A DNA stretch of 44,416 nucleotides from an uncultured Rhodopirellula sp. Its GTDB lineage: Bacteria > Planctomycetota > Planctomycetia > Pirellulales > Pirellulaceae. The translations under genes and the position numbers were made by a program. How positions within the stretch are numbered: position 1 is the first letter of the stretch; every line of letters starts with the position of its first letter. The stretch spans positions 1 to 44,416 of the forward strand of contig CAXGAI010000040.1 of the NCBI GenBank assembly GCA_964007735.1, in the 5' to 3' direction. Under the pieces are notes generated by a model, which made no database searches, was not told the origin of the DNA, and saw only the letters and a list, made by a program, of their open reading frames with translations. Below, piece after piece: positions 39,445-44,416 of this stretch.

Positions 39445-40032
39445 TAGCCCTAGTGCTAATGGTTTTTGGTTAGTTAACAGTTAAAGTAGTCTTTAGCGGT
39501 TACCTATTCGATAAACCTCGAAATGTCCGCTTAGCGACATTGCTTTAAGTGTTCGCCAGTGCTCTGGTCGCTTTCTTCCAAAAGCATCAGACGAATCCCA
39601 ATGATTTAAGGTACGGCGTAGGCTAAAGAGTCAGTAGTTTTACTTGGAAAAGTATGAATTCCATTGATTTTTAGTCCTGCCAACGGATACAAAAGTCTAG
39701 ATGTTGTTTGCTTTGAACAGACGTTTCGAGCCGCCACAGAAAATGTGGAAATCCTTGGCTACCGGAGTTTAAGTGTAGGAGACCCCTGCCCACTCCATCT
39801 TCGTCAACTGACGGATAAATTGTCCGCGCCGCTGGCCTGTAATAGGGTCTAGGCCGCTGGAGATAAGTTTTGGCAAAGGCAAGCAGTAATGAAAATTACT
39901 GATGGAATGAGATTAATAGACGAATGAATCCGCTGGATTTAATAGAAAACCTGAGGTAAAGCGTTAGGTATTTCTAATAGAGGTTTGTTCAGGAACGTTG
40001 ATTTACTAAAGAAGAGATTGGCCGAGTAGAGA

Positions 40033-41310
40033 ATGAGTAGAAATCGATATAACCGTTCTGAAGGTGGAGGTGGCGGAGGCCGTGGGCGAGGCCGTCGCGG
40101 ACGAGGCCGTCGACGAGGGCGTGGGCGTGGTGGATATAGAAATCGTCCATCCGATGCATCGATGCCGGATAGTGGCACAGGGCTAGTTGAACCGGGTTAC
40201 GGTTTGTTAGAACTGCATCCGAACGGGTATGGTTTCTTGCGTAGTCCCAAGTCCAATTATTCGCGTGAACGTAGTGATCCGTTTGTGCCGGGGACAATGA
40301 TCGAGAAGTACGGGTTGCGTGAAGGAGTTATGATTCGTGGGCTTGTGCAACACGCTCGTAAATCGCAAGGTCCCCGCATTAAAGAAATCGTCGATGTCGA
40401 TGGGATTGCACCTGAAGATTACGCGAAGATCATTCCGTTTGATGAATTGACGGCGATTAATCCTGAGCAATGGCTTGCAATAGAAACTGGCCCGAAACCA
40501 TTGACCACGCGTGTGATGGATCTTCTGACACCTCTGGGGAAAGGCCAGCGGGCCTTGATTGTGGCTCCGCCGCGTAGTGGTAAGACTGTCATGCTTCAAC
40601 ATATAAGTCAGGGGATTGCCACAAATTTCCCGGAATTGAAGTTGATTGTTCTTTTGATCGATGAGCGACCGGAAGAAGTCACCGATATGCGTCGTAATAT
40701 CGATGGCGAAGTCGTTGCTAGTAGTCTTGATGAAGACGTAGAGAGCCACGTCCGCCTTTCTCAGTTGATTGTGAAACGCTGCCGTCGATTGGCTGAAATG
40801 GGTCAGGATGTATTCCTGCTGATGGATTCCATTACGCGTTTAGCTCGTGCTTTTAATAAGTGGGTCGGCAATACTGGGCGAACAATGTCTGGTGGTGTTG
40901 ATATTAAAGCGATGGACATTCCAAAGAAACTGTTTGCAACAGCCCGGGCGTTTGATGAGGGTGGATCTTTGACCGTTGTTGGTACTGCTTTGATTGACAC
41001 GGGGAGCCGGATGGATGAGCTTATTTTCCAGGAGTTCAAAGGTACCGGTAATATGGAATTGGTGTTGGATCGAAAGTTGGCCGACCGCCGTGTCTGGCCA
41101 GCGATTGACATTAATCAGTCAGGTACTCGGCGAGAAGAGTTGTTGTTGCCTGAAGAGGCGCACGATGCAATTACGATGCTTCGCAGGTCTTTGGCCTCCA
41201 TGCATCATGTTGATGCTATGGAACAATTGACAAGAAAGCTTGAAGGGTTTCAGTCCAATGGCGAATTTATTGATCTCATTACCAATGCTCGTGGGGGCGG
41301 AGTCGACTAA
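40033..41310 (+). CDS. rho: Transcription termination factor Rho
   Basis: GYGFLRS, PLGKGQRALIVAPPRSGKT, LIDERPEEVTDM, DSITRLARA, GRTMSGG, EFKGTGNMELVLDR. Confidence 0.97.
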   Translation: MSRNRYNRSEGGGGGGRGRGRRGRGRRRGRGRGGYRNRPSDASMPDSGTGLVEPGYGLLELHPNGYGFLRSPKSNYSRERSDPFVPGTMIEKYGLREGVMIRGLVQHARKSQGPRIKEIVDVDGIAPEDYAKIIPFDELTAINPEQWLAIETGPKPLTTRVMDLLTPLGKGQRALIVAPPRSGKTVMLQHISQGIATNFPELKLIVLLIDERPEEVTDMRRNIDGEVVASSLDEDVESHVRLSQLIVKRCRRLAEMGQDVFLLMDSITRLARAFNKWVGNTGRTMSGGVDIKAMDIPKKLFATARAFDEGGSLTVVGTALIDTGSRMDELIFQEFKGTGNMELVLDRKLADRRVWPAIDINQSGTRREELLLPEEAHDAITMLRRSLASMHHVDAMEQLTRKLEGFQSNGEFIDLITNARGGGVD

Positions 41311-41414
41311 AAGAGGGTGTGTTTTTTATTGCTAGCTCGTGGTTGGGTTCCGGTTTTTCCTTCGCCCTCCCTCTTGAGCATGTCGATACTATGGTGTTAC
41401 CTAATGGTAAAACC

Positions 41415-41498
41415 GGAAGGTAAGCGAATTGGTTAGCAGCATCATTGGAAATGATGTACCCGTTTATCGGGCTGCGGGTTCGAGTCCCGTGCCTTCCG
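41415..41498 (+). tRNA. tRNA-Ser (anticodon GGA), class II with long variable arm, atypical core, CCA not encoded
   Basis: Acceptor GGAAGGT/GCCTTCC plus G discriminator; anticodon arm CATCA-TTGGAAA-TGATG; variable arm CCCG-TTTAT-CGGG; T arm GCGGG-TTCGAGT-CCCGT. Confidence 0.85.
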
Positions 41499-41508
41499 CT
41501 CAGTCAAT

Positions 41509-41549
41509 AAAGAGCCTTCCGAATGTTGAATTCGGAAGGCTCTTTGTTT
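41509..41549 (+). terminator. Intrinsic terminator after the tRNA (could be bidirectional)
   Basis: AAAGAGCCTTCCGAAT-GTTGA-ATTCGGAAGGCTCTTT followed by GTTT. Confidence 0.85.
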
Positions 41550-41606
41550 GCGCTATCCTACAAGCGACTGAGTCAATAAAAAATATGGGAATAATGACTT
41601 ATGGAA

Positions 41607-42044
41607 TCACACATAAAAGGTTTGGGATCTGCATGAATTCCAGACAGACGTTTGAGTTACTAATCCTGCTGATACGAAACAGCATGCCTTGTAACTCCCG
41701 AATTCAATCATTGTGGCATGGGAAGGATTTGGACTTTGCAGCAGATAGAAAGTAATAGATAAGATGAAACAGGTTGTGAAAGCGTGTGAAAGATTTGGCT
41801 GGGGAATCGTCCGCGAGACCAGGGGTGAAAGAACCATAACGCAACTGGTGGCTAGAAAAGCATAGCCAACGGCAAAAACGGATCCATAGAGGGATGGCAC
41901 TATCCAGATGATGGGGGTGAGCAGAGTCCGCCCATCGTCGAATCCATCCAGAGAATTCCAGGTGAATGCGAATGCAAAGAGAATTCCGGACAACATGCCT
42001 GCAAGAATTCCTGATGAGAATACTAGGAACATATCAAAGGCCAC
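41607..42044 (-). CDS. Hypothetical multi-pass membrane protein
   Basis: 3-4 hydrophobic segments. Begins 8 bp after the upstream stop; alternative ATG at 42032. Confidence 0.55.
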   Translation of the reverse strand: MAFDMFLVFSSGILAGMLSGILFAFAFTWNSLDGFDDGRTLLTPIIWIVPSLYGSVFAVGYAFLATSCVMVLSPLVSRTIPQPNLSHAFTTCFILSITFYLLQSPNPSHATMIEFGSYKACCFVSAGLVTQTSVWNSCRSQTFYV

Positions 42045-42052
42045 CTTTCGAC

Positions 42053-43189
42053 TTACGGGGTCATTTCAGAGTAGCTGAAGTCAAATTTCGGTAGAGTTGG
42101 GTTGGGGGCTGGAATAGATCTGGGGTTTCGCCAGGGGTTTTCCCGCCCCTTTGGGTAATGAAACCACTGGGCCGGAAATGCGGCATAACGCCCGGTGCCA
42201 CCTGTTGCGGCGTTACCTAGATTAGTCAGGTAACGACGCCAAACCTCTTCCATCACTGAACTGGCTGCCATTTCGGCTGCAAGGTTGTTGATAAAACCAT
42301 TCCGCTGTTCATACGCTTCCGTTTCAATGCGCAGCCAACCCTCTGGTGTTTTATAGGTCCTCCAAACGCGAACCCCAACAAGCATGTGGTTCTCAAGTGT
42401 GACAGCGGCCAATTGATGTTGGGCTGGGTTAGCGTAGAGTTTCACCGCGATGTCGCTGTCGTTAATAATAAGCTGGAGCGTATTTAACATTTCCCAGTAA
42501 GCGTCATGCTTTTTGGATACAGCAAGGGTGTTAACAGTAAAGACTGCGTAGCTTTCACCTTTAGGTAAAGGGAAATCTAATGGCCCCGGTTTATACACTT
42601 TGGTGGTAGCGATATTGTTTTTACTGAAGAGTCGGAAATCTTCCAGCCATTCGTAAATGGTATCCGCGTTAACACCGGAAGCCAGATTCTCAGGAGCGAT
42701 TTCAATGCGTTGCAGACAACGCGTTATTTCTCCATAAGCCTGATCCCAGTTTTCTTTCATCGTCGTAAGTTCCCTGATTTTAGGGTCCATCCCGGCGAGA
42801 GTATTGGTCGGCGCCCCGAGACCTATTCCGGTTCGATGCATAGTCGAGGTGATAGGTCCGGAGTCGTTTTGCTGCATTAATTTGACAATCCGGGGAGAAA
42901 TTTGAGGGGAGACTGTCTGCGTGGAACCGTCCGGAAACAAAGCAATCGGGTTGGGGGCGTAACGAGTTGAGTTAAAAGGAGAACCATGAGGTAACAGACT
43001 TAGATTGTTGTGAGGTTTATCGATTATCTCTCTAGCCTCGGGTGGTAGGGGTGAAGCCGGGCTGGGAGGATTGATTGGTGTCATGGGAGGGGCATAGAAG
43101 AGCTCGCGAGATTCCAATGTTTCAAATCTAAGTTTTCTTTGAGGATTAAGATCTGGATGATTACGGAGTGATTTTTCTCGTCGTTTCAT
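42053..43189 (-). CDS. Hypothetical protein with planctomycete-extracellular N-terminal motif
   Basis: RKLRFETLESRELF, then a Pro-rich linker and an unrecognised C-terminal domain. ATG 43189 preferred. Confidence 0.7.
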   Translation of the reverse strand: MKRREKSLRNHPDLNPQRKLRFETLESRELFYAPPMTPINPPSPASPLPPEAREIIDKPHNNLSLLPHGSPFNSTRYAPNPIALFPDGSTQTVSPQISPRIVKLMQQNDSGPITSTMHRTGIGLGAPTNTLAGMDPKIRELTTMKENWDQAYGEITRCLQRIEIAPENLASGVNADTIYEWLEDFRLFSKNNIATTKVYKPGPLDFPLPKGESYAVFTVNTLAVSKKHDAYWEMLNTLQLIINDSDIAVKLYANPAQHQLAAVTLENHMLVGVRVWRTYKTPEGWLRIETEAYEQRNGFINNLAAEMAASSVMEEVWRRYLTNLGNAATGGTGRYAAFPAQWFHYPKGRENPWRNPRSIPAPNPTLPKFDFSYSEMTP

Positions 43190-43602
43190 AGATTGGTTCT
43201 TCCTGCTCTGAATCGGGGCGATTGTCTTTGGCAAAGCGAGAAACACTTTGTCTTCTTCTATTGAGTTGCAAAACGGAAGTGAAAGGCGGCATGGAAATTA
43301 GAGAATAACGCTTGAAAGTATTTGGGATGACATTGAATTAAGGGCTAGTAGTGGTGTTAAAAGCCTTTTATTTGAGTGCGTAGACCACACAGGAGATCGC
43401 CAAAAAGTTATGCCCCCCTCCAAACAAGGGGTTTTTTTCGCTACTTCTGTCACAATCGAACTATTCGGTTTATGTAGACCTCTGATTAATCCGAATAAAC
43501 AGAATAAGCCTCGCTACCAAGGCCTGCGCGCACCTTGCGCTTGGTCAAATTGAGGTGATAAGGTCAGAAATGATGGCAATATAGCGGATTTACGCGATTT
43601 AA

Positions 43603-43630
43603 TTGCCGTAAATTCATGGATGGCTAGAAT
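43603..43630 (+). promoter_or_regulatory. Candidate sigma70 promoter for the large surface-protein gene
   Basis: TTGCCG, 16-bp spacer, TAGAAT; about 110 bp before the ATG. Confidence 0.35.
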
Positions 43631-43743
43631 GTGAAAATAGGTTTTGTGTTCCCTTGGGTACCAGATTTTATTAGCGAATCAAGTGTTGATTGCATTTAAG
43701 GGTATTTTGCAAGCCTGCCGCATAAGAACTGAGAGAGTCATAT

Positions 43744-44416
43744 ATGGTTATTCGTCGAAATAGCAAACGCGATTCTAATTCCCGTCGCCCTTCACAGAAG
43801 GATCAGCAGCGTGAGCGTCGCGGGTTGTTTCTTGAGAATCTAGAGGATCGCCGTTTGTTGCACGGTGGTGGTCAGCATGTGCCCATTTCAGATGCGGAAG
43901 TTGATCCAGATGCAGACACCGGTTTTGAGATAGTTGGGGCTCAGTTAAACGACGGCAGTATTTTAAATAATGGGGACGTTTTAAAACAGTCGCCGCGCGA
44001 TATTACACTTCATTTTGCAGAGAGTGTTTCAATTGATGCAGCTTCTGTTGATGGGATTTCGTTACTGCGTACCGGTCCGGATGGTCAATTTGGTCGTGCG
44101 ATAGTGGTTTCCGATCTCGGTTCCGATGGTGATCTCGAAGTAGCATTTACATCTTTGGTTGACGGTGTTGAAGGTAATAATATCGAACTGGTGTTCACTC
44201 GTAGTGATCACGAGAATGAAACCGGGCCGCGGGTTGAAGTAGAAGATCTGGACGACGGGAATCTGGAGGACGGTGATGTACACATTCGGATTTCTATCGA
44301 TCTGAATGTAAACGAGTTGAATCCTTCGTCAGCACACCAGGTTGTGGAAGCGTTAACCGAACATGCTGAAGCCTCCCGGTGGGTTGCAGCAGAGGTAACG
44401 GATGGCGATGAAACAC
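43744..44416 (+). CDS. Large planctomycete extracellular/surface protein, 5' part (runs off the window)
   Basis: Manual translation MVIRRNSKRD...RERRGLFLENLEDRRLLHGG...SPRDITLHF...LRTGPDGQFG is open to the edge. The LEDRRLL motif is typical of planctomycete extracellular proteins. Confidence 0.85.
   Translation, partial: MVIRRNSKRDSNSRRPSQKDQQRERRGLFLENLEDRRLLHGGGQHVPISDAEVDPDADTGFEIVGAQLNDGSILNNGDVLKQSPRDITLHFAESVSIDAASVDGISLLRTGPDGQFGRAIVVSDLGSDGDLEVAFTSLVDGVEGNNIELVFTRSDHENETGPRVEVEDLDDGNLEDGDVHIRISIDLNVNELNPSSAHQVVEALTEHAEASRWVAAEVTDGDET

Noticed and set aside
39939..40749. Minus-strand ORFs including a Pro/Arg-rich 79-aa one and a 180-aa one
   Set aside because: Antisense to rho; the PRPR/PPPP pattern is simply the complement of the Gly/Arg codons.
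41415..41498. Calling the tRNA selC (tRNA-Sec)
   Set aside because: The anticodon is GGA, not TCA, the branch is 12 bp rather than 13, and no selA/selB/selD is nearby.
41500..44416. Prophage or integrative island at the tRNA
   Set aside because: No integrase or phage gene, and no long duplicated tRNA 3' end within the window.
1..44416. CRISPR arrays, IS elements, rRNA; the many remaining 60-180 aa overlapping ORFs
   Set aside because: No regularly spaced repeats, transposase or rRNA signatures were seen by eye. The short ORFs lie within or opposite well-supported genes and carry no motifs.

Overview
Bacterial chromosomal segment, most likely from a Planctomycetota (Pirellulaceae-like) genome. 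The assignment rests on two 'LE(D/S)RxL' planctomycete-extracellular N-termini, sulfatases, PQQ-like propellers, a DUF1080, an OmcB/DUF11-type protein, an MfnB methanofuran enzyme and a small 'LPLWHP' protein. It holds about 39 CDS: housekeeping genes (arfB, surE, fabH, leuCD, bioB, rnd, glpFK, rho), many exported accessory proteins, and two CDS truncated at the window edges that the ORF track missed. No transposase, integrase or CRISPR array was seen. Main points for follow-up: (1) a solitary tRNA-Ser(GGA) with a non-canonical, tRNA-Sec/allo-tRNA-like fold; (2) a Rho with an RGG-rich N-terminus behind a ~740-bp hairpin-dense non-coding region; (3) a MauG-like di-heme enzyme paired with an exported beta-propeller; (4) a Cys-tailed PSP1/RicT-like protein divergent from bioB; (5) a possible secreted-effector/membrane-partner pair next to the tRNA. 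All family calls come from motif recognition by eye; no database searches were run.
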